Of a stretch of 64,000 nt of DNA, positions 14,044-27,077 are shown piece by piece (positions within the stretch are counted from its first letter, which is position 1; each line of letters begins with the position of its first letter). The stretch is from Yuukianura sp. NJ FZ-2021 (Eukaryota), in assembly GCA_046563655.1 (NCBI GenBank), contig CM102286.1, positions 496,001 to 560,000 on the forward strand. Direction: 5' to 3'. The position numbers were made by a program, and so were the translations under genes. The notes beneath the pieces were generated by a model. It was not told the DNA's origin, did no database searches, and was given only the letters and a program-made list of their open reading frames with translations.

Positions 14044-15806
14044 TCATTTGAGATTATTGTTTCCTAATTTTGATTTAGCTGCGATTTGATACAAATTTCG
14101 AATTCCCCCGCCTCCAAACAGGTACGCAATATCCTGAACCAGTGTGGTTTCAACAGCCAATGGCGGCAGTCTATCCAGGATTTCCTTGGGAATGTACTGG
14201 CGCAGTGGCCACACTGCTTGCAATGCCAATTCCAAAATGTTGCTCTGCGGACACTTTAATGAGTTTGTGCCAAAGTAGGTCAAATGGTCAACAACGCCTA
14301 AAAAGAAGTTGAAGATGGAGTAGATTGGACCACGGGATTGGCCACAGTCTGGATCTTCATAGACAGCTGTTGAGCAGTAGACGGCAGTTCGATTCCCACT
14401 GGGGTCAAAGTTCAAAAAAAGTTCGTTGTGTTGGTGGTAGTAGCCGAGGAAGGCGGGAATAAAACGGGATGGAGTGTCATCTCGGTTGACCACGCGGACA
14501 GAGACAATGTCTAGACTGTTGATGTAGTCGACGAATGCCTTGTTGCCAGTACGTGGTTGGCCGTAAGTGTACAACTCAATGGTCGTATGCGGGAAAATGT
14601 TGTAGTACTTTAAATAAAATGTGGTGATGACTGATAATGACCCGCCGAGACTATAACCTGAAATTCAAGGTCAAAAGTCAAAATCAAAAACAACGACACT
14701 GTTGCCAAGCTTAGCCTGGAGTGAGATAAAAGGTTTCAACGTAACACTTAGCGCTGTTGAGAAACTTAAGTTAGTGTCGGATTAACTGCTTTTAACAGTG
14801 TTGATGGATATCCACTTTTTTAGCATTTCGTCCAGGATATATCCACTGGATAAATGGATAAATCCGGATGAAATCCAGTTTCTGATGAACGGAATTGAGT
14901 TTCGTCCGGAAGAAACCAAAAAAATCCGGATATATCCAATACTTTGGAGGGGAGTGGAAGAAATATTTTATCCATCCACCAACACTTGCTTTTAAATAGC
15001 AATTCAACCGTGAAGATTAGCGACGTTGCCACTTTTAACCTTGATTTATGTTTATGCTTTTAAAAGGTCATGTTGAAAAGCTAGCTCGAATGTTAAGGAG
15101 TTCGCTGTTGCCATACTTCACCTTTGGTTGTTATAGCTTTACCTGTGATGATGAGTTTGTAAGTTGGGTACAACCCGACCGTTTGCCTTAGGCTTTTCAC
15201 TATTTCTTCCCAGTCTGCGTCGATCATTGCCAGAAACCCGCTGTGACTTGCACATTCCGTTCCATTGAGTTTAGTCAGCTTGAAGTCCAAAAGCTGCAGG
15301 TAATTGGCAACATTCAAGCTAGGTCGAAAGGTCAACACAATTTCTTGTTTGCGGGGATCAACTGTGACTATCCACTTCGTGTGATATTTAAAGTTGTAGT
15401 GAATTTTAAGTAGCTGGATGTGACCACCAAGGACTTTGCAATGTGGACAGTCCCATCTCTCCAGACTGGATTCACATGTTAGTAAAAGTGAGTAGTTCCA
15501 GTAGTACATGACAGACTCCAGAGATGCTCGTCTGACTTTCACTTGACCTGTGACATGACCCAGATTTGACCTTTCATCTCCATTGCCCAGTTTCCAGTAT
15601 CCCGATGATCTCAGTATACTGTTTGTGGATTTCCTGAAATCTTCTAATGGATCGTACTCTGTTCCGGAATTTCCAGAAGAAAACAGAGACGGAAACGCAC
15701 TTTTCAAAAAATGGTTAAACAGAGTTCTACCAAAAGAGTCCCGCCCAAATCCGGGTTTGGCCAAAACTAAAACAGCCAAAACTAAAAAACACAAATTCGG
15801 ACGCAT
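14044..15806 (-). CDS. Secreted class-3 lipase, copy 3
   Basis: Two exons with spliced GYSLGG, NRDD, DHLTYFG. Confidence 0.9.
14796..14987. mobile_element. hAT-type MITE (CAGTGTTGRTGGATA family) in lipase 3 intron
   Basis: TIRs cagtgttgatggat / atccaccaacactt. Perfect 8-bp TSD gcttttaa. Internal tggata/tatcca motifs. Confidence 0.8.
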
Positions 15807-16490
15807 GGTTTCAAAAGTGCTACTCGCCGAACAATCGAAGCTAAAATAAAAATAAAACTTTTGACTTTAAATTAATTTTTAGTTTAAATTTCCTTCACAC
15901 TTTTAGTTCAGTTTAACCTTTGATATTTTTTGAGACAAAATTTTGGCCCAATTCACATAAATTGCAATCTAATTTTCTTGTGACTGAATTAACAGTTATC
16001 TTTTAACTAATTAAGAGAGTCACAAAAAAAAAAACAAAGACAAAAAAATAGTAAATTGTGTACAATGCGAGCAGAAAGTGGTCAAAGTGCCAAAATTTCA
16101 TTTCAGCATTCTTGCTGGGGCTTCGCCCCACACATCCGTTCATCCGTCCTAATCACAATTTACACTTTTTACCACTTGTTAAGATCAAAGCCACAACCCC
16201 ACCTTTCACCACAACCTATGCAAAAACCGATTTTTTTTGTGTAAATCGAAGTACATGAAGTTAACGGAAGTAGGAAGTGTTCTTTAAAACTTTTTAAACG
16301 TTTAAAACTATTGACATAACGAAATGGAGTTGGAAGTTATGAAAAATTTGTTCAATTCAGATTTTTTTTGATGAATACACAATAAATATGGCAGATTGAG
16401 AAAGGATATTTGAAAAATATATTCTATGGAAAATAGTTATTCGCACTTAAAAAAGATTGGCGCTAAAACTCACTCATTTCTCTCATGTCA

Positions 16491-18350
16491 TCAGAGATTG
16501 TTGTTAGCTAAATTCGATTTGGATTGTTTAGCCGCGATTTGATACAAATTTCGAATTCCCCCGCCCCCAAAAAGGTACGGAACATCCAGAAACAATGTGG
16601 TTTCAACTGCAAATGGCGGGAGTCTGTCCAACATTTCCTTAGGAATGTACTGGCGTAGTGGCCAAACTGCTTGTAACGCAAATTCTAGAATGTTGCTCTG
16701 CGCACATTTGAATGCATCTATTCCAAAGTAAGTTACGTGGTCAATAAGGGCCAGAAAAAAGTCCATAATGGAGTAGATTGGGCCACGGGATTGTCCGCAG
16801 TTTGGATCTTCGTAAACTGCGGTTGAGCAGTAGACGGCAGTTCGATTCCCACTGGGGTCAAAGTTCAAAAAAAGTTCGTTGTGATGGTGATAGTAACCGA
16901 GGAAGGCGGGAGAAAACCGAGATCCAATATCATCTCGGTTGACGACTCGGACTGAGACAATGTCTAGACTGTTGATGTAGTCGACGAATGCCTTGTTGCC
17001 AGTTCGTGGTTGACCGAAGGTGTACAACTCAATGGTCGTATTTGGAAAAATGTTGTTGTATTTTAAATAAAATGTGACGATGAGTGACATGGACCCGCCG
17101 AGACTCAGACCTGAAGGTAAATGACAAAAGAACTTTCAGATGTCAAACTTAGCCTTGTTGCCAAATTTAACTTTAACAAGTTCAACAGCTTTCAAGGTCA
17201 AATTTGAACGGGGAGGTGCTGTTGCCAAATTTAAACTATAGCAGGGTTGCCAATTTTCAAAATCAAATGACAGTTAATTTATAAGTGACTTGCGCTGTTG
17301 CCAAACTTCACTACGCTTAAGTTAACTTTACTATCTGGCAACATAAGCTGAGAAAAAAACATTCCAGTTTTTTTTAGTGAGTCATCAGCAAGAATGCAAA
17401 CATTTTTGCAAAATCTCAAGTTACCCCAACTAAAAATCATTCAAAAAAAAGTTAAGAATGTTTTTCAAAGATAAAAATTCAAAACTGTGATCGTAGTTTA
17501 CTTGTCCGCTTTTGTAAACGTCATTTATTTTAAATATTTTATAATTATTATTATTCCAACAGTTTGGAATGCAGTTGGGGTTATTTGAGATTTTTGAAAA
17601 AAGTTTCGTTTTTCGTGGATCCCTCAGTAGAAGAACTCCAATGTTTTGTTTTTTTTTGGTTTGTTGATTAGTACCTGTGAGGATTAGCTTGTAAGTTGGG
17701 TACAACCCGATCGTTTGCCTTAGGCTTTTTAAAATTTGAGCCCAATCTGCATTGACGACCTGCAGATACCCACTGTGAAGTGCAAATTTCGTTCCGCTCA
17801 GTTTGATAAGTTTCACATCAAAATCCTGAAGAAAAGTGGCAACATTGTAGCTAGGTCGAAACGTCAACACAATTTCTTGTCTCCGGTGGTCAACTGCGAC
17901 CATCCACTTCGTGTGATGTTTTAAGTTGTTGTGAATTTTAAAAATCTGAATGTGACCACCAAGAACCTTGCAGTATGGACAGTCCCATCTCTCCAGACTT
18001 GATTCGCACATGAGCACAAGTGTGTAGTTCCAGTAGTACATGACAGATTCTAGTGATGGTCGTCTAACATTGACTTGACCTGTGACCTGACCCAGATTTG
18101 ACCTTTCATCTCCACTGCCCAGTCTCCAGTATCCCGATGATCTAAGTATACTGTTTGTGGATTTCCTGAAATCTTCTACAGGATCGTACTCTGTTCCGGA
18201 ATTCCAAGAAGGAAAGAGAGACGGAAACGCACTTTTCAAAAAATGGTTTAAGAAAGTCCTACCAAAAGAAAAACTTTGCTGTCCAAACCCGGGTTTGCCA
18301 AAAACTAAAACACTGATAACTGAAATTTGAAATTTCAGAGAGGGACGCAT
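16491..18350 (-). CDS. Secreted class-3 lipase, copy 4
   Basis: Two exons with spliced GLSLGG, NRDD, DHVTYFG. Confidence 0.9.
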
Positions 18351-18995
18351 GGTTTCCAAAGTGCGTATGCTACTCAATCACAATCAAAAGTAAAATAAGA
18401 ATAAAAGTTTTGACTGTTACTTAATTAGTTTTTTTTATCAGAGTTTTTACTACAGTTTAACCTTTGAAGTTTTTTTTTGGCAAAAATTTTTGGCCCAATT
18501 ATGAACAAGTAATTAAAAATAACCGTGATCCAATTCACATAAGTTTCACTCTAATTTTTTGTAATTGAATTAGCAGTTACATTTTAACTAATTATGGGAG
18601 TAAAATTTTCTGAAAACATCAACACAAAAAAAAAGGAAATTTATACAATGCGAGGAAAAATTGGTAAAAATCGTAGCAATGACAAAAGAACAGTAAGTAA
18701 CAATGATAAGAAAGTAACTAAAAAACACAAAAATACGACAAAGTACTAAAAAAAAGTTGTAAACAAAGTTCCAAAAAGCGATTTTTGTAATTTAAAATTT
18801 GAGTTTAAAGGTTTGTATTTTTACTACACAAAGTCAAACAAAACAATTTCTTGAACAGGGAACTGTAAAACTCGATTTTTCATAAAAAAAAGACTTCTTC
18901 CCTTCAACTGACAACTGAAACTCAGTTCTTAAAAAAAGTTTTGATTTGAACACTAACCAAATTTGGCGCCAAAATTATACGTTTTGACGAAATTT

Positions 18996-20431
18996 TCACT
19001 TGAGATTGTTTTTACCTAGTTTCGATGTGGATTGCTGAGATGCGATTTTATACAAATTTCGAATTCCGCCGCCCTCGAACAGATACGCAAGATCCAGAAT
19101 CGCTGTGGTCTCAACTGCCAATGGCGGCAGTTTGTTCAGAATCTCCTTAGGAATGTACTGACGTAGAGGCCAAATCGCTTGTAAACCGAATTCCAGAATG
19201 TTGTTCTGCGCACACTTAGATATGTCTATGTCAAAGTAAGTTCCATGGTCAACAGCGCCTACAAAGAAGTTGAATAAGGATAGTGGACCACGGGATTGTC
19301 CGCAGTCTGGATCTTCATATACTGCAGTTGAGCAGTAGTGGGCAGTTCGATTCCCACTGGGGTCAAAGTTCAAAAAAAGTTCGTTGTGATGGTGGTAGTA
19401 ACCGAGGAAGGCGGGAAAAAACCGGGCTGCAAAGTCACCTCGGTTGACAACTCGGACTGAGATGATGTCTAGACTGTTGATGTAGTCGACGAATGCCTTG
19501 TTGCCACTTCGTGGTTGACCGTAAGTGTACAACTCAATGGTTGTACGCGGGAAAATGTTGTTGTACTTTAAATAAAATGTGGCGATGACTGACATTGCCC
19601 CGCCGAGACTATGACCTGAAAGTCAAGGTCAAAAGTCAACACTGAACTGTAAAGAGGTGCGGTGTGAAAGGTCAAAGTCATGGATGTTGCCAAATTTAAA
19701 TTTGATATAGAATAAGAATTTTAAATATGAACTTCACGTTTGGTTGGGTTTTCACCTGTAATGATCAGTTTGTAAGTTGGGTACAACCTGACCGTTTGCC
19801 TTAGACTTTTTACAATCTCCGTCCAATCTGCGTTGACCATTGTTCGAAACCCGCTGTGAAGTGCAAAATTCGTTCCATTGAGTTTAACCAGCCCTAAGTC
19901 CAAGTCCTGAAGAAAAGTGCCAACATTCCAGCTTGTTCGATAAGTCAGCACAATTTCTTGTCTGCGAGGATCCACTGTGACCATCCACTTTGTGTGATGT
20001 TTTAAATTGTAGTGAATTTTAAAAATCTGAATGTGACTACCAAGAACTTTGCAATATGGACAATCCCACCTCTCCAGACTAGATTCGCACGTGAGCACAA
20101 GTGAGTAGTTGTAGTAGTACATGACAGATTCTAGTGATGGTCGTCTGACATTGACTTGACCTGTGACGTGACCAACATTTGACTTTTCATCTCCATTTTT
20201 CAGTTTCCAGAGTCCCGATGATCTTAGTATGCTGTTTTTGGAGTTCCTGAAATCTAGTACTGGATCGTACTCTGTCATGGAATTTCCAGAAGGAAAAAGC
20301 GACGGAAACGCACTTTTCAAAAAATGGTTAAACAGAGTTCTACCAAAAGAAAAATTTTGCTGTCCAAACCCGGTTTTCACAAAAACTAACACACTGAAAA
20401 CTAAAATTTGAAAATTCAGAGACAGACGCAT
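18996..20431 (-). CDS. Secreted class-3 lipase, copy 5
   Basis: Two exons with spliced GHSLGG, NRGD, DHGTYF. Confidence 0.9.
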
Positions 20432-20970
20432 GGTTGCAACACTTCCGATGCAACTAGTTGCACAATTAGAAGTGAAATGAAAATAAAAGTTGCGACTTTT
20501 ACTTAATTGCCTTCCTTTTTTTTCGTACTTTTACTTTTCATGTTTTTGTGAGAGAAAATGTTGGCCCAAGTTACAAATTTGTTGTTAAAAGTGATCCAAT
20601 TCATATAAATTTCACTCTTAATTTTTGTGGTTGAATTAGCAGTTACATTTTAACTAATTGTGTGCGTAACAAATTAAAAAAAACAACACAAAAACTGAAA
20701 TTTAATACAATGAAAAATTGGTCAAGGTTCAAAAAAGATTTCGCATCAAAAAATGTTATTCACAACAATAAGCAAAACTACTCTAAATCATTGCAGTAAT
20801 GACTAAAATAGTACTGAAAATCATAACAAGTAATTAAAAAAAAAACACAAAAAGCGATCAAGTAACAAAAGTTTAAAACGAAAGTTACTAAAAAGTTGTT
20901 ATTTTTCTTAGATTTTTTGTTTAATAGGTTTGACATTAAATAGAAATTTAACAATTTTTTTAAAAATTTT

Positions 20971-22273
20971 TTAGCTTCTTTGCATGGCGGCTCCAAATAT
21001 TTTGCTAGCTCCACGTCCAGCTACTAGATAGTTAATGTCTGCTAAAACTGTTGACCGCATGCCGAATGCTGGAAGATGCTGGAGCAGTATTTTTGGAAGA
21101 TACTTGCGGAGTGGAAAGAGTGCTTGCATGAAATATTCAACATAGTTTTCCTGTAAACATTTAGTGGCGTCTACTCCAAAGTAGGTCGTGTGTTCCACAA
21201 AACCAATAGCAAACTGGGTAGGAATCACAGATAAAATGGGGCCTCGTGATTGGCCGCATTCCGGAGCTTCGTACCGGTCGGTAGAGCAGTACCGGCCAAA
21301 AATCGTTCCGGTTTCGTCGGTATCGAGAAACAGTTCATTGTGTTGATGGTAATAGCCTAAGGCTACTGGCAGTAACCGGGTCACAAAATCGTCTCGGTTG
21401 ACGATTCTTGCAGAGGGAATGTTTAAATTGTTCATAAATTCGGCAAATGCGCGGTTGCCAGCTCGTGGTTGTCCGCTGCTGTAAAGTTCCATGCGCATGT
21501 CAGGCAAAACGTTCCGAAATTTAAACAGAAACACAGTGACTGTTGCAAGTGAACCACCGAGACTGTGACCTTGAAACACAAAAAAGGTCAAAAGTCAAAA
21601 GATCAAATTTTTTGGAAATTCAAGTGACCTTGAAAATAAATTTCTTACCTACAAAATTCACTTTGAAGTTGGGGTAAACTGAGAAAAGTTGTGAAAGAAC
21701 TTTGGCGATTTTTGGAAAATCGTCATGTGCCGCCTTCAGCGTTCCTTTGTGAATCTGAATATCCGAGTTTTCATCGACTTTTTCCATGTTAAATAAAAGA
21801 TTGGTTAAAACGTTTGCTAAATTTTGAGTTTGGCGAAAAGTAACAACTATTTCGCTCCTGAGGTCATCCAAAGTGACCATCCACTTTGTATGAAAAGTCG
21901 GGTTGACATGAAGCGCGATGATTCGAATGTGCCCACCAAGCAATTTGCACTCATCGCAGTCCCATCTCTCCAAACTCGATTCGCAACTAACTGCAACTGA
22001 GTAGTTAAAGTAGTACTGTGCAGAACTCAACGACGCGCGTAAGGCGCGTACTGGAGTTTTCACTAGGGCAAGTGCAGTTGTCTGATCACCGTTAATAAAT
22101 TTGTTAAGTCCAAGAGCAGTTAAAAAGTCAAATTTCGTTTTTCTGTAAACTTCAACCGGGTCGTAGCGACTGAAATCCGAAAAAGTTTGTGATGATTTTA
22201 AATGTTCCGTGATCCAACTTTTTGAATTTGGAATTAAAATACAACTGAAAGTTAAAAGTTGAAAGAGACGCAT
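20971..22273 (-). CDS. Secreted class-3 lipase, copy 6 (most divergent)
   Basis: GHSLGG, SGQPRAGN, NRDD, EHTTYFG, with the same intron position as the other copies. Confidence 0.9.
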
Positions 22274-22911
22274 GTTGTTAGTTGGACATGCGCCGAAGAA
22301 GTGTCAACTATGTAGAAGAGGCATCAATTTTTTTTCTGCACTACAGCCAGTTTTAATTGTTTTGTGCAAAGCTGTGAGAGAGTTGCATTACATTTTCATT
22401 TTTTGAGTAACAAAATCTTGATCTTCAAAGTTACTTAATTGGTAACAGCACTAAAATTTTAATATTTTTGAAAGTTAAAACTACGCGTACCGTGACAGTG
22501 ATAAAAAATCTCTGAGATTTACACCCACAAAAAAAAACTAAACACATTCGAATTTTGAAAGTAAAAACATTTCAACTGTGAAAGATACACCGTTGTAAAA
22601 AATTTTGTTCAACAAAAAAAGTATAAAATTCAACAAAGTTTTAAAAACTCACTTCAAATTCGAAACGTGTAGATTTTTTTCGTTCTTGCGTAACACATTC
22701 GTTACATTTTTGCTCTCAACACGCTTACGAAAATGTGACGTTTGACCTTGCAGATAATTTTTTTTACACAATGCACTTTAAAACAGCACATCAATTTGTC
22801 GACAAAAAAGTTAAGTGAGTATACTTTTAGTTTCGCACGCAAGGATTTTGCTTCTCTTGTGAAAAAAAAATTGTTTCTGAAATCAGTTTTTTTTAAATTT
22901 TGTTTTTCATA

Positions 22912-25900
22912 ATGGCGGAAAAGTTGAAAATTTTGTTTGTGCCGATCGATGCTGTTGGACACATTAACTGTGTGATAGGCGTGGGTCAAGTTTTGGTTCA
23001 ACGCGGACATTCTGTTACTGTGGCCATAACAAGTTCGTCGAAAGGGAAGCTTCGACCATTTGGCTTCGACGAAATGGTTTACTATGAACAAGTGGAGGAA
23101 ATCAAAGGACAGCAGTATCAAAACAAAATCATGTCGAAAATGGAACATGCAATGGCCTTGACCCCAATTGAAAAATGTGGACAATTGAATCCACAATTGT
23201 ACAGTGGATTAATCGAGCAATTGAAAGCGGGAAATTCAAAAATTGCACAAATAATTGCACAAGTTCAACCGGATTTGATTTTGGCCGATGGCATTTGTTT
23301 CCCGGCAGTTGTGGCACAAAAAGGCAAGTAAATTTAAAATGTGTCATTTTTGAAACAAACAATTTTTTTTTGAAATTTCGAAATTTGTAGAAATTCCATG
23401 GATGGGTTTCATTTCCTTGAATCCGCTGGGTTTTACTGTTGGTGATGTTCCGCCAGCATACAGTGCTTACCCCACCGAACCAAAAGACGCCGACCTCTGG
23501 ACACAATTTATTGAAAAAACGAAGCCCGCGATGTTGCCGATCTTTGAAGATTTCAAATCCTGGGTTTTGAAAAATGGCGGGCCAGAGTTGACCTATACCG
23601 GCTCTCCGTTTTGGACACAACATTCTTCCTGGGGTACTCTCTACATGTTCCCTCAGGAATTGGACTACGTTCGAAAACTCCCGCCGAATTTCCATCGTTT
23701 TGATACTTTCATGCGCCAAGAGAGCGGGGAATTTGAAATTCCTGAAAAGTTGGTCAACCTACCCGGGAAATTGGTTTATCTTTCGATGGGAACCATTGGC
23801 TGCTCGAATCTCGGCTTGATGCGGAACCTCATTCGGATTTGTTCAAAAGCTCCACATCGCTTCATCGTTTCAACAGGTAAAATTTTTAAATTCGGTAACT
23901 TTTCCCACTTTTTAATACCCTACTGTGTTTGTAGGCAAAGTAGTCGCGTAAATTGGTTTCCAAAAAGTATATTTCACAAAATAGGAGTACAAAATTAGCA
24001 TAAATGAAAACTACCTTATTTCTCGTACACTCGTGTTAGTTGAGTCGAGTCCTTTTGACGGACGGTGTATCAGTCGTTACGGCGTGCACGGCATTTGTGC
24101 CTGAATAGTCTTTTTGCAGTCTCGGTGAAGGTGGCTCGTCCACCTTCTTGGCCCATTCTCGTTGCTTCGTAATGAATGGCAGTGGAGCACTCTTTTTTCT
24201 GAAAATATGAAAATTATGGTGCTCAAAACGACATGAGTTATAAAAAGTGTCTCCCGGTCATACCGTTCTGATTCGTCGTCTATCATGTACTTAAAGATTG
24301 CGACGTGATCCTCTGGACTGAGTAGCTGCAGTGGAACAACAAGCTTAGAAAAGTCTGACACATCCATCACTGGGTACCGGATCCACTCAACCAAATCTTG
24401 CAGGACATCCCGAAGAGTTGGTCCAGTCGATTCAAGGCCCCTGCGCTTGCACATTTCTTTTGCCCAACTGTTTTATAAATGAAATGTATTAGTTCTTATA
24501 AATAATAGAGCCTAAACGTTAGGTTTATAAAGCTTACCGGATGACGGCATTAAACACTTGAGTTTCGTTTTTTGCAGCCAATGAATCTGCTGCCAGTAGT
24601 ATGCACAAATTCCCATACGAGAGTTTCAGAACATCATTGGAATCCAAGATAGTTGCCGCGTTCCTAAAAACGGATTTACTAAGATTGTATTGTAATCTAG
24701 TATATACTAAAAAGTGAATTAATTTGTACTTTGTCAGTATTTGAAACTAACTTCAAAATGAAAGTCCGTGCTTTACCGCGCAAAGGTTCATTTTCATACT
24801 CTCCTGCCAATTCGTAAGCGGTAACTGCCGTTTGTTCAGTCATTTGGCCCAGAGTTTTCCAGCACCATTGTTCCAAATCCCGTACTTTGAACGCGATAGC
24901 ATATTTGAGCACGTTGGCTGCGTGCGCTAATTCCGAGTTTTGCCCGGTGTAGACAAACTGAAAGTTTAAAATTGTGAAACTAAAGATCAACCTTGATGTT
25001 TGAACCACTTAAACTAATCTACCATTTTGTATAAAGTTACCTCCAGAAACTGTTCAAATTCCTGTTTGCTTCCCTCTCCAACGCGAAAAATCATAGGTTT
25101 CGGCGGGTTCGGCTCTTTTCGGTTTTTGAACATTTGTTGAAAAACTTTGGAATGGATACTGAGCTGGAACTGATGACCTTTGACCTCCTCCGCGTTTGGT
25201 CCAACGAGAAAGGTCACATCAAAGGGATTAACAAGTCCATTTCTGAGCAGATCAATCTGTCGACTCCTGTGGTTTGTTTCCCGCCAATCCGCCATCTTTT
25301 CCCGCCCTTCCCAACAACTTGTAGTTTACGCAAAAATATCTTTCGTGTGTCCTTTCCTTGCTACAGCTGATTCCCGGACTAACAATAAATACTGTGCAAC
25401 CGGGGGCCTGACTAAAAGTCTGAAGTGCAATCTGATGTGACTCAACTTTGTCAGGAAACTACAATAGACAATTCCCCCGTGACTCCCGTCACCTTTTTGT
25501 TCATTTTTACCACTGGAAAATGCTGGAAAGTCACTGAAAAAAAACTACCTTTTATTCCACACTACTATTCCACAGAATCGTCAGAAGTGCCAATAGTTAT
25601 GGCTAAATGCTGGGAAATTATAAAAATAACTAAAACCAATTATAAAAACATAATTTTTTATAAATAATAGAAAAGAAATTATAAAAATCCAAGGTCAATG
25701 TGTATTACAGGTAAAATGCCTTTGACGACTTACACCGTCAAATGCGCAAAGAAAATTTAATTGCGTGAGACGATAAATAAATATGGTTGTGGAGAAGACA
25801 AATTTTGCTACTATATTTGTCTCAACTCTACTCCGCGCAATTTTAAACGTTAGATGGTTTGACAGGGGCTTATCCAAAAAACTAAAACCAGTTTTAATTC

Positions 25901-26298
25901 TTTATGCAGGACCACTGGGTGATCAGTTGGAAGTTGGCGATAACATGTGGGGGGCCAAGTGTCTACCACAAACAAAAGTCATCCCATTGGTGGATCTAGT
26001 AATTTCACATGGCGGCAACAACACCGTCACGGAAACGTTTTACTTTGGAAAACGACTCTTGATTCTCCAACTATTTTGTGACCAACTTGACAATGGACAG
26101 AGAGTGGCAGAAACTGGGTTGGGCTTGACCTTTGATCCCTGCAAGGTCACGGACGAGGAATTGCTGAATGCCATTGACCAACTACTTGGAGATGAACTTT
26201 TAGAAAAAAGAATGAAAACGATTTCCATTCGAATGAAGGCTTCAAACAGTACAGAAAGAGCTGCAGATTTAATCGAAAACGTTGCACGTTCAAAATGA
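22912..26298 (+). CDS. GT1-family UDP-glycosyltransferase, bacterial/mite type (exons 22912-23323, 23391-23876, 25910-26298)
   Basis: N-terminal KILFVPIDAVGHIN, VYLSMGT, and the UGT signature LPQTKVIPLVDLVISHGGNNTVTETFYFGK...DQLDN. No signal peptide or C-terminal TM. Confidence 0.9.
24036..25295 (-). CDS. BTB/BACK-domain protein nested antisense in UGT intron 2
   Basis: DVTFLVGPNAEEVKGHQFQLSIHSKVFQQMF (BTB) and LQDLVEWIRYPVM (BACK). Multi-exon with GT-AG junctions; stop at 24036-24038. Confidence 0.8.
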
Positions 26299-26789
26299 CA
26301 TTTACAAAACTAAAAATACGGAATCTGTAATAAAAGAAACGTTATTTACAAGCCAGGGTTGACCTACCCCGGCTTTCCAACACATTTTGGATACACTCCA
26401 TTCCATTACCCATGGAGCAGTGATAAGAAATCGGCCTGCCGGGGCAGGTAGATAGGCCAAACCCATGTACCCCCGCGTAATGCGTTTTTATAAGTAGGTT
26501 TAGATATGGAACCAATCAGGTTGTCAGAATCGGCCTCAACAGCCAATCGAAGCGTCAGAATCGGCCTTCATATATCACCATATATCCGGTGATGGCGGGA
26601 AGACAAATCTCTCCACATTACACCTAAGCTATATCAGTGATCACCCCATATTCCAAAATCCCACTCCACTCGGTGAAACTCGTGAGGCCGAGTAATCATC
26701 GGAGAAGGGGGGGAGCTGAGGGGAAGAGAAAGTTTTCATTAACACCTTTCTCCACCCTTTGGCGGTTCAATGAGGATGCTTTCTTCAAT

Positions 26790-26985
26790 GCCCATGGAGT
26801 AACCTTCATATGTTCGAAAACTGCCGCCGAATTTTCATTGTGTTGATTCATCAACACATGCGGGGAACAACAACAAAGCGGGGAATTCCAAATTCCTGAA
26901 TTTATTCAAAAGCTCCACCCACACAGCTCATAATTTCAACCGGCAAAATTTAAAAATCAACAACTTTTCCCGCTTTTTACTGACG
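26790..26985 (+). pseudogene. Decayed duplicate of the UGT exon-2 3' part and intron start
   Basis: Blocks gttcgaaaactgccgccgaatttt, agcggggaattccaaattcctgaa and ttcaaaagctccac match 23668-23880 with indels. Confidence 0.75.
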
Positions 26986-27077
26986 AAATGTACTCTGCAA
27001 GGAAGGCAGTATGTAAACTAGTTTTCAAAAAGTGTTGTTCGCAAAATTAGAACAAAAACTACATTGTTTCTCACAGG

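Noticed and set aside
8775..26298. Fungal or bacterial contamination explaining the lipases and UGT
   Set aside because: The genes carry host-style introns and host MITEs, and an animal BTB gene is nested inside the UGT.
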